Shown here in pieces: positions 19,343 through 31,400 of a stretch of 35,774 nt of DNA. The stretch comes from Chrysochromulina tobinii. Lineage: Eukaryota. The stretch spans positions 1 to 35,774 of the forward strand of contig JWZX01002598.1 of the NCBI GenBank assembly GCA_001275005.1. Direction: 5' to 3'. A model generated the notes under the pieces. The model was given only the letters and a program-made list of their open reading frames with translations. It made no database searches and was not told the DNA's origin. Every line of letters begins with the position of its first letter. Within the stretch, counting starts at the first letter, position 1. Both the position numbers and the translations under genes were made by a program.

Positions 19343-20656
19343 CTAAGAAGGAGGCTCTGGCAGTCGTTGCTTGACTCGCGCTGCAGTCTCGAGCACGCGA
19401 AGCTTGCTCCTCCAGTCGTCCGCGGTCAAATAGCAACCAATCAGGTTGCGACGCCCCTGGAAGGCGTACCGGCCGTGGAGCACGCGGTGGTTGTCGATGA
19501 GGATCGTGTCGCCGCACTCGAGGCGCAGTGGCACCTGCAGCGCCTCGAGCGTCGTCTCGAGCACGCGCGCGTGCGCATAAAAATCGGCCACGTCATCAAA
19601 CCCGAGAGAGCACAAAGGCGCGCGGTCCGTGTCATTGTAGCGGAAGCCGATGACCTCGGCCGTGACCGGATGCAGCTTGAAGACCGGCGCGGTGTGCACC
19701 AGATGCCGCTCGCCCTCGACGTGCTGGAAGGGGATGGAGACGCGGCAAAAGAACGCGAAGGTCGCTGGGAAGTCACGCCGCAGTACTTCGGCCGCCATGA
19801 ACCCATCGGCCAGCTTGGTGCTGCCGCCGTGCGGTACGCTGGGGTGTGGCGGCGGCTGCTCGACGCAGTTGAAGAGCTGGATGCCCGGCTGCGCCTCGAG
19901 GTAGCAGCAGTCGGTGTGCAGCGGCAGCTCTACGTTAGTGTACGCCGTGTCGATCACGTCCTCCAGATTGCGTGGGGCCGTGTCCCATATATAGCCATAC
20001 ATGGTAGGCTGCACCATGCCGAGCTGCATCGCGAGCGCCTCCGTCGCCTCGACCGTGGGTGGCACGCCACGCACGCGCAAGATGCCGGAACGCCGCAGGT
20101 GCCGCAGCGCCGTTAGCGTGGTTTCGTCGGCCACGGCGCTCGACGCAGCCAGCGACTCCCAGGCCACATTGGGCACGTTTCCGCCCGCCATCTCTTCAGG
20201 CAACCAGGGGCTCACCTTATCGGCTCTGGACTTCACAACCTTGGTGCTCGATGCCGTCTTGGCACCGACCCGAACGTCGTAGCGGTGCTCAAAGAGCCAT
20301 TCGGCGGCAAAGGTGGAGACGTGTTCCTTGCCGCTCGCCTCGTTGGCTGCCGGCCACGCGACCTGGATATGATTGCCGTTGATATCCACGCGCGCGGGTG
20401 CGGTGCCAGAGACGTGCCGTAGCGGCAGCTCCCGCTGATGCGAAACTGGGTGCACCGACTGCGGGCAATGATCTCGGAGCCACGCGTGATGAAAGCGGCT
20501 TTCGCTGCCGTCCGACCACGTGAGATGCACAGCAGCTGGGTTGACGGCCACACCAGTTACAATAGCGGATGTTGACTGTGCGCGCCGTGTCGTACCGCTC
20601 AGCAGCGGGACAGCAGCATTTCGTGTGAGGTTGCGTCGCACTCGGGCGAGCAACAT
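19343..20656 (-). CDS. TMLHE: Trimethyllysine dioxygenase / gamma-butyrobetaine hydroxylase family Fe(II)/2OG dioxygenase, mitochondrial-type presequence
   Basis: WLRDHC N-terminal domain, DTAYTNVELPLHTDCCY (HxD), PGIQLFNC and IDNHRVLHGR. Arg-rich leader MLLARVRRNL from ATG 20656. WLRDHC and DTAYT favour TMLD over BBOX. Confidence 0.85.
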   Translation of the reverse strand: MLLARVRRNLTRNAAVPLLSGTTRRAQSTSAIVTGVAVNPAAVHLTWSDGSESRFHHAWLRDHCPQSVHPVSHQRELPLRHVSGTAPARVDINGNHIQVAWPAANEASGKEHVSTFAAEWLFEHRYDVRVGAKTASSTKVVKSRADKVSPWLPEEMAGGNVPNVAWESLAASSAVADETTLTALRHLRRSGILRVRGVPPTVEATEALAMQLGMVQPTMYGYIWDTAPRNLEDVIDTAYTNVELPLHTDCCYLEAQPGIQLFNCVEQPPPHPSVPHGGSTKLADGFMAAEVLRRDFPATFAFFCRVSIPFQHVEGERHLVHTAPVFKLHPVTAEVIGFRYNDTDRAPLCSLGFDDVADFYAHARVLETTLEALQVPLRLECGDTILIDNHRVLHGRYAFQGRRNLIGCYLTADDWRSKLRVLETAARVKQRLPEPPS

Positions 20657-21519
20657 CGCGAAGTGTCGCGCGTGCAACCGTGTGAACAACCTGATGTGCA
20701 GTGTTAATACTCGGCCGACTACTCGGAATCTATGGTGGGGCAAACCTGATCATTTTCTCACTATACACCTGTGAACACGCCTAATACACACCACCACACG
20801 TTCACAGCGCCAACGAGATGCTGCACAGGACCCTCCAACGCGAGCGTGCGGTGACACATGCGATGCAGACGGAAAGCGGAGTCCGGAGAGACTGTACCAA
20901 AACAGAGAAACGCGTTCGCGGTGCGGCCGCGGGCCGACAGGTGACCCCACATGCAGACCTTCGCAAGATCCAAGCGCTTCCATATCAAATTCTCCATGAC
21001 GTTACCATGACGTGAAGCCGATCATCCACGAATCCATCCGAGGACCATCCCCAGATATCCCAGTTAGAGCGTACCAAATGGAGTGTATACGGATCGGATG
21101 GAGACCGGCAGGCCACCAGGCCACGCCACACAGCGCAAATCCGTATCGTGATTCCGCAAACCGCCCTGTCACGCCCGGGCTGCACACCGCACCGATCCGT
21201 CGATTCCCGCATCATCACGTCTCCGTTTGATCCGCCATCGCGTGTTTTCACACCGACCGGTCCCGCGGTAACATAGTTACACGCACGGTTGGCGTAAATG
21301 GTACACCTGCAAATGGTGCTCGTCTACAACGGCTCCAAGAACAGATGCGGAATTCACGCTTGGCCACGATTCGGACTCACATGGTGATTGGGGTGCGGGA
21401 GAATCGCACAATGTCTTTCCCACTGAGAACCATGGCCTGAATCAGCTATGAATTAGCCCTGAATGGAATCCACCATGGCTGCTTTCCTATTGTATGTCAC
21501 CACGCGCCAGATGGCCACA

Positions 21520-22277
21520 CTAGTAGTAGCCGCCAAGAGGTCCCCACTTGAAGGGTTTTGCCGTCTCGTAACCAGTCTTCCTTGGGTTATGGATCTTGAT
21601 GATAGGTCCCGTGTCGAGCGTTACCTGCTGGAATTGGATGGTGTTTGGCTCCGCGAGCATCGACGGATGAAAGCGCGGATCCTTTTCTGCGCGCGTCAGG
21701 CGGCCGAGGGCACATGTGAGTCGGGACATGTGGGAGCAGGATTGGCGAGGCTATGCGTATCATCGCAGGTTCGCAGCAACAACGTACTGATCTCGTTGAT
21801 GAACTGAGTCTGTCGCCGTGTCTCGAGGTCACGTTGCATCCGCTGCACAAACACAAAGTCCCTTCGACTGAGTCCCTCACTCGTTACTGCTCTCATCTTC
21901 TGCTGCATGGGCATCTTGCCGTAGGATTGCTGCGGCGGCGGTGGGGTCGCGGGTTTCGCCGGCGCGCCTGGTGCATCCCGGAGCATTTCCATGCGATCGG
22001 AATCGCCGGACATGAAGCTGGTGAACTCTGGGATGGAAATGTAGCCATCTCCATTGAGATCGAACCGTGCGACCAGCCCTTTTAGGATATATGGCGGCAG
22101 AACAATGTTGCAAGCCTTGAGGACTTCGATGAATTCATCGACGTCGATCTGGTTGCTAAGGTCCTTGTCGATGAGCTGGAACATGCGCTTGATGCTGCCA
22201 GCATTTGCTGCAAGGTGATCCTTGAGCTTATTGAGGGCTGCTTCAACCTGACCTCCCTGAGCGAAGGAAACAGCCAT
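21520..22277 (-). CDS. EF-hand calcium-binding protein (218 aa); exons 22277-21788 and 21686-21520
   Basis: EF loops DKDLSNQIDVDE and DLNGDGYISIPE. Intron 21787-21687 (gtacgtt...ctgac...cgcag) joins in frame to KDPRFHPSML...GGYY*. Confidence 0.85.
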
Positions 22278-22535
22278 GAGCTCCCACTGGGCTGGCTCAC
22301 AGCCGTCCAGGACGGGCGAGGAAACGAACGCGGCACGACGTGAAACTACCAACCAACGCGCCGTCTTGCGCTGTTTGATTTCCGAGCCCTTCCTGGCTAC
22401 CGTAAGACATGTTGACATGCGTTGAAGAAACCCCAAAGTACAATTACACGGTACTTGACTCGACGTGTCGACCGGAACCTGACAAAAAGCGCCGTGTTGG
22501 TGGTTCCAAAATTCGGCAGTGCCGTACGAGAGTGA

Positions 22536-24731
22536 ATGGTGTGCCGACAGTGGACTCTTCGCTACGATGGGGGCTGCGCCGCGGAGCCGTTTGCGCTCTA
22601 CGGCCTAGCGACATCCATCGGGCCACCGCTCCTCGGCTCCATTGAAGGCTGGTTTGCCGATCGGTGGGGCTGGGTCGCAAGGCAGCCGGCCACTTCGGCG
22701 GCTCGTGTACTCTGGCCGACTGAGAATCAATTCAACACGTCGCTTGATCGGTACGAGAGCGCCGTACGAGAGCTTCTGCCACCGCGCACATCCGTGGAGG
22801 CCTTTGAGCAGACTGGCGATGAGCTCGACCTGCTCGAGCAGATGCGCCTGGTGCGCTTGCAGAACGTCATCTACAACTCCTCCTCCTCATGGCCCAATGC
22901 GACACACGAGGACCTGTTCCAGAGCGAGGATGCGCAGCCGCTGATCCACTTCGACCGCTACTTAACGGCCCAAGGCCTTCACGCCAACGGCGCCACATCC
23001 ATCCTCTCGGACGCTGCTGCGGTCCAGGCGTACCAGGCATGCAGCTTTGCGGCGCTGTGGCTGCAACTGCGCTTTGGGCGCGTGCCGCCGCGCCAGAGCG
23101 CCGCGCTGCTCGGCCGCTCGTACGCGCAGCTCGCACCCCTCATGCACCGCGGCGGCACCGGCGTGCCGAGCTTCCCGGCACCGCGCGTGACGGCCACGTA
23201 CTGTCTCGGCGCTGCGATCCTCGAGCGGCTCGTACTCTCACGTGGCATCGCCGTCGCATCGGCCCATCGCGACGTGATCGCCCAGCTGGCCACGGACACG
23301 GCCGATCGCACGCTGATCGCCAGCGCCGCGCATCCATCGGACGTGTACGCCGCCGGTGTCCTCTTCCACGAGATCGCCATCTCGCTCTTCCCTAACGCAC
23401 TCGGAGCCGTTTTGGCACTCCGTTTCGCGCGCAATGCGAGCGAGCGGGCGGCGCTTTGCCCTGGCGGCGCGTACCCGAGCACCTGCGGCGTACCCACGCG
23501 CAGTGCGCTGCCACCGGCCGCGCCGCTGCCGCCGTTCGAATGGTGCCAGGAACGCGCGCCGCCGCTGCCGCCGCTGCCGCCCATCGCTCCGCCGCCGCCG
23601 CTGCTGCCTTCGTTACCGACCGCCCCACCGCCAGAGCCCTCACCGCCGCCACCGCCGGATCCCCATCCGCCGCCACCACCTTCGCCGAGGAGGCCGGAGC
23701 CCTCGCCGCCGCCCAGGCCGCCGCGCCCGCCTGCCTTTCCGCCCGCTCCACCCCCTCCACCCTCACCCGAGCCACCCGAGCCTTCGCCGCCGCCGCCCTC
23801 GCCTTCGCCGCCGCCGCCCTCGCGGCCGCCGACGCCCTCGCAGCCGCCGACGCCCTCACCGCCGCCCCCCTCACCGCCGCCGCCTTCACCACCACCCAGA
23901 CCACCGCCGCCTTCACCACCGCGCCCTTCGCCGCCGCCCTCTCCGCCGCCCCCCTCACCACCGCCCCCCGCGTTTCCGCCGCTTTGGCCATTCTTGCCGC
24001 CAGTCCCACCAAAGCTGCCGCAGGCCTCGCCGCCAGCGCAGCTCGCGACGCCCGCACAGCCGCCCTCGCCGCCGCACTCACCGTTTGTGCAGCCGCTCCT
24101 CGCCGCCGTGGGCGGCGCCGCGTGCGACTGCGGCTGGCAGTCGGCCATTGCCTTCGTCGGCGGTTTCCTTCTTGGTCTTCTCGTACTCCTCCTCTACCGC
24201 TGTTGGCTGCGAGGCACCTACCTGCGCGCCGCCGCTCCCGCCAAGACCACGGTCGTCGTGTACGGCGGCGCATACGGCGCATACGGCGGCACCGGCGCGT
24301 GCGGCCGCGGTGTGAACGGGCAGTCGCGGTGTGAACACATGCCAGATGCCCTCTACGGCCTCCAAACGCCACCTTCCACGTCGCCGGCGCTCAAGAAGGC
24401 GCGCACCCGGCCTTCAGCCAGCATCACGGCCAGTTCCGCAGCCCCTCGTCCGCGCCTTGTGCCCCCTCGTCAGCCCTCGCCTGGCTCGCCGCCACAGCGC
24501 GCGGCTCCGAGCCCACGCGTGGGGGCGTCTGTAGTGCTGCCCGAGCCCAGCCGCAGTGCCCGCCCCGGCGGCTGGGACAGGCCGACGCGCTGCGTGTCCG
24601 CCATGCTGGCTGCGGGCGGGGATGGCGACGAGCATGGTGCTGGCTACGCCGGACGCACCATGCGGGACGTCGAGCTGCCGCCCCTTTGGATCGCGCCGCC
24701 CGTGAGCCCCGCGCGCCCGGATCGTCTCTAA
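22536..24731 (+). CDS. Proline-rich (extensin/pherophorin-like SPn stalk) single-pass membrane protein
   Basis: 731-aa ORF: helical N-terminal domain, ~170-aa (S)PPPP tract at ~23560-24080, TM segment AIAFVGGFLLGLLVLLLY, low-complexity tail. Confidence 0.7.
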   Translation: MVCRQWTLRYDGGCAAEPFALYGLATSIGPPLLGSIEGWFADRWGWVARQPATSAARVLWPTENQFNTSLDRYESAVRELLPPRTSVEAFEQTGDELDLLEQMRLVRLQNVIYNSSSSWPNATHEDLFQSEDAQPLIHFDRYLTAQGLHANGATSILSDAAAVQAYQACSFAALWLQLRFGRVPPRQSAALLGRSYAQLAPLMHRGGTGVPSFPAPRVTATYCLGAAILERLVLSRGIAVASAHRDVIAQLATDTADRTLIASAAHPSDVYAAGVLFHEIAISLFPNALGAVLALRFARNASERAALCPGGAYPSTCGVPTRSALPPAAPLPPFEWCQERAPPLPPLPPIAPPPPLLPSLPTAPPPEPSPPPPPDPHPPPPPSPRRPEPSPPPRPPRPPAFPPAPPPPPSPEPPEPSPPPPSPSPPPPSRPPTPSQPPTPSPPPPSPPPPSPPPRPPPPSPPRPSPPPSPPPPSPPPPAFPPLWPFLPPVPPKLPQASPPAQLATPAQPPSPPHSPFVQPLLAAVGGAACDCGWQSAIAFVGGFLLGLLVLLLYRCWLRGTYLRAAAPAKTTVVVYGGAYGAYGGTGACGRGVNGQSRCEHMPDALYGLQTPPSTSPALKKARTRPSASITASSAAPRPRLVPPRQPSPGSPPQRAAPSPRVGASVVLPEPSRSARPGGWDRPTRCVSAMLAAGGDGDEHGAGYAGRTMRDVELPPLWIAPPVSPARPDRL

Positions 24732-25280
24732 GCCCTGCAGTCACTAGGGAGAGCGCTGCAAGGGAGATGCACAGATGGCTCGAGCTGCACGGGAGCGAAC
24801 GTGGCGACGTGGGCCTGCCGGCTGGGCTCGGGGGGCGAATTTGATGTGTCTCCCGACTCGTACGACGTAGTGTGGTGGGAGTGGAAGACCACACTCAGAC
24901 CGAGACCCGCGGGGAATCGCCGCGGTTCGTTCATTCCGTTTATACGTCTCGTCTAGATTAAGTAGGTATTCGCGTCCGCGAAGCCGCGTCCGTCCTTAGT
25001 CCGTCCCCCGCTGCGCGTCCTCTCTCTTTTTAAGACACACTCTATTTAGACCCACCCGCGTCCTGGGGGAGTATCCCCTGTGTCACTAGCCTGTCATGCC
25101 TCTTCGAAAGATGGTGTCCCGACGATTCAAATTCACGAGAGACAACCCCGTGCTCGGGAGGGACACACGAAACTGCAAAACGAAACCACCAGAACCGCAC
25201 GAAGGATCGCTTGGCCTTGGGGCTAGCCTCCGCGGGGGCGGGGTGACCTCCAGGCGTGCTTGCGGCTGGCGAGCGCTTGC

Positions 25281-26454
25281 CATGCCGACGACAACACGCG
25301 GCGGCACACAAACCACGCGCGTATCCGCGCTCGCGTCGCTCGCTGCCGGTACTCGCGCGAATCTCCTCGAAGGGGTTCAGGCACCGGTCCGTCACGGGCC
25401 GCTTGAGTCCGTCTCAGTGCGCGACATTATTCTCGCGTCCCGGGATTCGCTTGGATCCGTGTCGGTGCGCGACGTCATCAGATCGCCAGGATCACCATCA
25501 TTGCAGCCGCTGTACACCACTCTTAGCCGCAGGAAGCATCGGGCGGAGGCTGTCGTGTGGTCACCGTTGTATCGCTGTGCATGCATGCTGTTGGCGCTCG
25601 GCGTGGGTGCTTTGCCAGTCGGCCTCGGCTTCGTCATGGCGCTCTTTGACTCTGAGACGACCGCAGCAGGCAGTGGGACAGTGGCTGCTCCCACAGCCCA
25701 GAGTGCACGCTGCTTGCCCACTGAAATGCTGCGCATCAATGCGACGACAACAAGCAGCAAAGGCGTTCGGCTCGCCGCGGCATGGCTAATTGATGAAGGT
25801 CCTCGAGACGAATTTCGGCGTCCAGGGCGCGCCATCCTCAGCGATGCGCGTGCCCAGGCCGTACGTGATGGCATGCGTGTGTTTGCCTTTGAGCCGTGCG
25901 CGATGCCTCCTGGCATGATGGGTCTCCTTACCGCGCGCTCAGCGGTTGAGGCGTGCCGGCTTGGTCGTGCTGTGGCCGCTCATCGCTGTCCCCCATCGCC
26001 CAGTCCGCCGTCCCGACGCCGCATTGCCCAGTCCGCTGCTGGCAAGAGCTCGCCGGCCAAAGCGATGGTCGCTCCGCAGTGCAGGGATGTCCACGATCTC
26101 GGGCGGGAGGATGGAGTGTTACTTGCGGCCGCGTGCGCCCCGGCCAACAACCGCAGCGGCACCACAGAAGAGCCGGCGCGTCCCGATGACAGCGCGGCCG
26201 TGCTGGTGGACGGCTGTCGCATGGGCTGCGCAGGCACTGGGCGCAGCCGCAGACGCGAGGGCCGCGGGCTGCGCGCTCAATTCATGCGCGACAAGAAGCA
26301 GCTACAGTATGCGCAGCGGCGCAAGCTGCAAGGGCTTGAAGCCACCTGGGCCAGCCGCACACTTGAGGAGCACGGCCAGCACTCGCCACGGAGGCGCCAA
26401 CCGTGGCATCGATCTCACCGTGAACACCTACACGTCGAAAGAGAGGTCGTCTAG
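25281..26454 (+). CDS. Hypothetical membrane protein
   Basis: Long ORF (open from 25096; ATG 25281 plausible) with one hydrophobic segment CMLLALGVGALPVGLGFVMALF. No recognised domain. Confidence 0.45.
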
Positions 26455-26781
26455 CAGCGTGTGGCATAGTTTCATAGTATACGAACAGTGTCAGAAGGCG
26501 AGTGGATGGGGCCTAGTTGCTAGAGTCCCGGTTCGGTCCTGGTTCGTACACGCCGGCCGATTGCGCCTCTACCAGAATTCGTGTTTTTGGCATGCAGTGA
26601 GAGCGGCTCTTATACATCAGTCCCTCTTTCGCACAGAATTTCGTCATTGACGACGGTCCGAGTCCGTTATGTTGTAAATGACGGTGCAGCACACCCTAGA
26701 TGCATAACCGCGGAACGCAGTCCGTCGCTTACGCGCTGTTCACCCCTTGCCCTTCTTTGCGCGTACAAACTTGACATCTCG

Positions 26782-27198
26782 ATGGCCACCGTTCAGCCCA
26801 TGTGGTACGCGGCGCTCGCGCGCCTCTACGTCGAGCGCGTGAACGACCACAACACCGCTGGCATCGAAGAACTCTGCGCTACGCCGTGCAGCCTCAAAGA
26901 GTATCATCCCAACCTCGAGGGGTTTGACGACTACTTTTCCAACCTCGAGGACGTCCACCACGACGTGAGTTCCTACATGGTCCCCAAGGTGAAGGGCAAC
27001 AACGTCCTGATCGACTACCAGAGGTTGTGGATCGATAAAGGACAAACATCAGTGGTTGATGCACAAGATGCGCTCACCTTTGATGAAAATGGACTCATTG
27101 TGCGCGTCGCGTACTCGCGCAGGCCCGTCCTGCAATCCAAGCAGCGCATGCGACGCAGGGGAGGGTCACGAGCTCACCCTCTCGTAACACATGCCTGA
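26782..27198 (+). CDS. SnoaL/NTF2-like small protein
   Basis: ARLYVERVNDHNTAGIEELCA N-terminal helix, YFSNLEDVH and DALTFDENGLIVRV terminal strand are typical of the SnoaL-like fold. Confidence 0.65.
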   Translation: MATVQPMWYAALARLYVERVNDHNTAGIEELCATPCSLKEYHPNLEGFDDYFSNLEDVHHDVSSYMVPKVKGNNVLIDYQRLWIDKGQTSVVDAQDALTFDENGLIVRVAYSRRPVLQSKQRMRRRGGSRAHPLVTHA

Positions 27199-27531
27199 TG
27201 GTGTGATGGATTCGATGATGGATGCACTCTTTGCCGCTACTCTCGATCGCTCCCCGCACACACACCGCACGCCGATAGGGTCCGACGGCGACGCACCGCA
27301 CGTACACCGCACGCGCACGCGCGCGAGCATCCCCTTATCCTGCCTTATCCCCGACTTCCCCAGGTGCGGGACCCCGGGACCTCCATCCGTGTGGCGGTGG
27401 TGTTGCGCCGTCTGACAGTAATTTTTCGAAGCAGCAAGCCCATTTTACGTGGTGAGATACAGTTGACGAGGCGGGCATGTCCTTTTAGCGCGGAGGCAAA
27501 CGCGTCGTGATGGGCGCTTCCTGGAAATGTC

Positions 27532-28067
27532 ATGCTCGGGCGAAGAAACTCCGTCATGCGACGAGCTTTGTCGAGCAGCTCCACGGCCGCCAACGCGCTT
27601 CTGTCCGAGATCGCACGCGTGGGTACGCATCATGGCCGACGCGCGCTGCCCGCATTGGTCTGACGCGCCGCGGGCTGCAAGATGTGGGGGAAGCGACGGC
27701 CATTGAGTTTTCATCACCTGTTGGGCATCGCGAATGCTCTGTGGACGCCGTGCTCTTCGGAATCGACTGGGAGGCGATGAAGATCAGCGACGGTGATGAG
27801 CTTTACCACACGACATGGGCCAACATTGCAGGACGCAAGCGGGTCTATTGGCCTGTCTCCGGCACGGTGGCAAGCGTCAACGAGGCACTTCCCGTGCGAG
27901 ACATTGAGGAGAAAGATTGGCTTGTTGAGCTGATCCTTGACGGTGATCTGCAGTCGTCCTCGCTCCTAACCGAATCTGAGTACCTCAAGGTAGTTCAAGA
28001 GCAGGGTCCGGGGCTTTTCGGCGACGAGGACGATGCAGCTCGTCTGGGTTACACCTCGTACGGGTGA
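27532..28067 (+). CDS. Glycine cleavage H-protein-like protein, mitochondrial-type presequence (two apparent 1-nt insertions)
   Basis: Three consecutive frames give MLGRRNSVMRRALSSSSTAA / RFCPRSHAWVRIMADARC / RIGLTRRGLQDVGE...VYWPVSGTVASVNEAL...KDWLVEL...LLTESEY, matching GcvH (SHEWV, IGIT, YSPVSG.V..VN, GWL, L...Y). Shifts near 27592 and 27650. Confidence 0.7.
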
Positions 28068-28478
28068 TGGTCTCGAGATTCTATTGAGAGAAAGGCGCGG
28101 AGCGAGCGCGACCGTTGCGCCCCAGAGTCTCGCCCCAGAGTCTTAATCGTCAGAGCGATGGAACTTAGAGAACCGACAACAACAACGGAAAGTGGCAAGT
28201 ATCACACCACATACCACATACCAACTTGATAGTTAGTCACATCTCCGCGCCGCGCGCGTACCCAAAAAATCGGTAGAACTGTCTCTCGCCTCTCTCCGCG
28301 GCGTCGATGGTCGGCGCGGTCAGTGTCGATATACACGTACATCCGTCTCTGGAACTCTCCGAGTCTCGATCTGCACACACGTGGCTCGAGACTCACCGCA
28401 ACGCACGCAAACCGCCTGTTCGCTGTCGAAGACAAAACTGAGCTCTGAGGCCGTCACGTGTGACACGCTCGCTTCGAA

Positions 28479-31400
28479 TCACGCCTCGAGCAGCTGAGAG
28501 TAGGGCACCTCGGGCGAGGCCGACGGCTTGGAGTAGCTGCCCCAGTAGGTGCCGTCCGAGCGCCGGCCGCACAACCCGAGCGTAAGCACCACGAGCGTGC
28601 AGTACACGGCCTCAACGGCCCACATGCAGAGCGAGCCGATCGGTCCACGGCCTGGTGTGAAGGCAAACCAATCGGGCTCTGGTAGGTAGGCGGGCGCCTG
28701 GAGCGAGTCGCCGACGCTGCGCTGGCTGATCGCCTCACGGCCCACTTCCTTAACAGCCGCACCGACGCCGATGACGCCGTAGGCGTCGTCGCTCAGGGCA
28801 GGGAAAGCGCCGAGGGCGAAGGTGAGGTACTTGGCTGCGAGTGCGAAGCTGAGGAGTGCGACTGCATGCGTCTCCACGTCATCTCCCCACGGAAGCGGGT
28901 GAGGCATGTACTCCATCGTGGCCGGCAGGCAGGGCACGAGGACCATCGCGGCGCAGATGGCTGATGAGAAGATCATCTCCGTGCGCCGCTGCGCCGACGT
29001 TTGCTGCTGCAGCACGGTAGGCGCGATCAGCGGCAGCACCGCGCGTAGAAACGTCTCAAGAAACCGCCGTCGCTCGCAGATGACGGCGCACGCGGCGCGC
29101 AAGCCGCCGTTGCAGAGTACGCGCAGCCACTGCCAGCCGAAGGCGGCGAGCACAGCGGAGATTGCCACCAAGTCGAGCAAGCGGCCGAGCGCCGAGCCGA
29201 GCACGAGCAACGCGAGCGCGCGCAGGGTGGCATCCGCCGTGAAGTAGACGGCCATGAGGGCGTTCACTTGGGCGGAGCGTACGTACTCGTCGCGCACTCG
29301 GAGGCCGGCTGAGGTGGCCTCGCTTGTGGTGAGGTCGGTCAGGCTGAGCACAAGCGTCGCGAAGGAGACGAGCGCCGAAACCAACACGATCGGCTGCTCG
29401 TGCCGCACCTTAAGGTACTCGTTGTCATCGCAGTAGATGAGGACCAGGACCACCATCGGGCCGCACTGGAGGATGGACGTGGTCGCCGCGAGCAACCCAT
29501 ATTTGGGCGACTCACGCTTCTGCGACAGGGCCGAGCGGAAGGCCTCGACGGGCACGGCGAGTCCGACGCTATTGACCGTGCTTTCGGCGAGGGCCACAAC
29601 CAAGCTTGGATTTGGTCTGTCTTGAGGACTTAGATTTGGCTGCATCTGGACTGTCTTGAGGACCCTCGGCGGTGAAGCGCCTCTGGGGCCGTGCAGCGCC
29701 ACTGGGGCGACGGCTGGGGTCGACGGCAGTTTGGGGAGACGGGCCTTGGCTGAGGCATGCTGCACGGGCCTCGCGCCCGCAAGTCTCGCCTCCTCGCTCG
29801 CCAGCTGGTGCACGGAGAGCGCGCCCACCTCGGCGGCTGTGAACCAGTCAGGGTCCGATCCATAGCAGATGAGCTTGCGCCACGGCGTCTCGCCGTTGAG
29901 GTCGGTGTATTGGCCAGCGCGCCAGCCGCCGTCGCCTTGCAAATGCCACGAGAGCCGCTGCGGGTCGCGCGGGTTCATCGAATCCGCGCGGTACTGCTGC
30001 AGCTCGCTATTCGGCGCAAAGCCAAACGAGTAACCGTCAGTGCGGTACCACCAGACGCCGTTGTGCTCGTGCGGCTCGTTGTGAGGCGTGCGACGAAGCA
30101 CGTCGTCGCGCTTACCGAAGGCGCCAAGGGCGACCGCGTTCGCGCCAGCCTCCCGCGCGCCGACGAAGACCCACTCGGCGTGCGACGGGATCGTGTCGAG
30201 GTGGTACGCGGTCGTCGCATGGCTGTAGGGCACCTCGTAGTGCTTCGTCATCAACGCCAGGTCGTTGGTCGTGACCGCGTTCAGCCAGATCGAGCCGAGG
30301 CCCACGAGCGAGCCGTTGCTCACCGAGGGAATCAGAGGCGAGAAGGGCGCGTTGGGCGGCGGCGGGAGCGAGCGGTCGATCTTCTCGTGCTGCAGGCTGG
30401 CCGCACACGCGAGATACCCATGGGACAGGTTAGGCGTGCTGACGGCGGCCGCGGCAGCAGAGCTCGGATGTTGATACGTGCTGCTCGTAGCCGCCTCGGC
30501 GGGCGTAGTGGGCGCACGCGACGACTGCAGCCGCTCAGCGAGATAGGAGCGAGCGGAGGCGATCGAGGTGCGGCGCTTTGAGGGCGGCGGCGAGGAAGAG
30601 CCGTCCACTGGGGGCGAAGGCGGCGGCGAGGGCGGAGCTTGGCGAGATGCCGGGCGGTTTGAGCGTTGAATCCCGCCCGCGCCGATGCGCGTGGCGGGGG
30701 GGCTCGATGAGAGCCAACGGCTCTCGTCGCCGGGCGCCAAAGAGTACTCCTCGGCGCCGTAGCGTGAGGTGTAGTAGAGCATCTTGGTCCACGCACCAAC
30801 GCCCAGAGCGGTGCCCACACGGTAGCCTCCGAGCCCATGTAGACCCCAGCTCAGGCGTGCTGGGTCCGACTCGTTGGACGCATCCACCAGGTAGCCACGC
30901 TTGCCCACGTCTGGAGAGGCCGCGAAGCCAAAGGAGGCGTCGTCAGTGCGGTACCACCAGACGCCGTTGTGCTCGTGTGCGACGTGCTTCTCTGTCCGCG
31001 GATCGAGATGCGTCCGACGCACCACCTCCTCGCGCCGACCAAAGGCTCCGACAGCGATCGTGGAGGATCCTTGGCGGTACGCGCCGACGAAGACCCACTT
31101 GGCGTCCGCCGGGATCGAGTCGAGCTCGTCGCCGCTCGTCGCATGGCTATACGGCTCGTCGTAGTATGTGGTCATGCCAGACAGATCCTCGAGCGCGAGC
31201 GCGTTCACGAGCACGCCCTGCTGGAGTGGGAATTTCATCAGCAGCTGCCCATCGGGCCCCTCGATGCGATACGGATGCTCCTCGCGCTCCTCGTCGAACA
31301 GCGAGGGCGGGCTCGGTGGCGGGCTTGGCGGCGGCGAGGGCTCGGGGGCGGGGCGGGGGCCAAAGGCGACGGTGGAGCGTTCCTTCTGCGTGAACGTCTG

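Noticed and set aside
18460..20656. SDR + TMLD-like pair as a carnitine biosynthesis cluster
   Set aside because: The known pathway uses an aldolase and an aldehyde dehydrogenase, not an SDR; adjacency in a compact genome is weak evidence.
22979..24372. Gly-rich, Arg-rich and Ala-rich ORFs in other frames
   Set aside because: Alternative readings of the CCG-rich proline tract.
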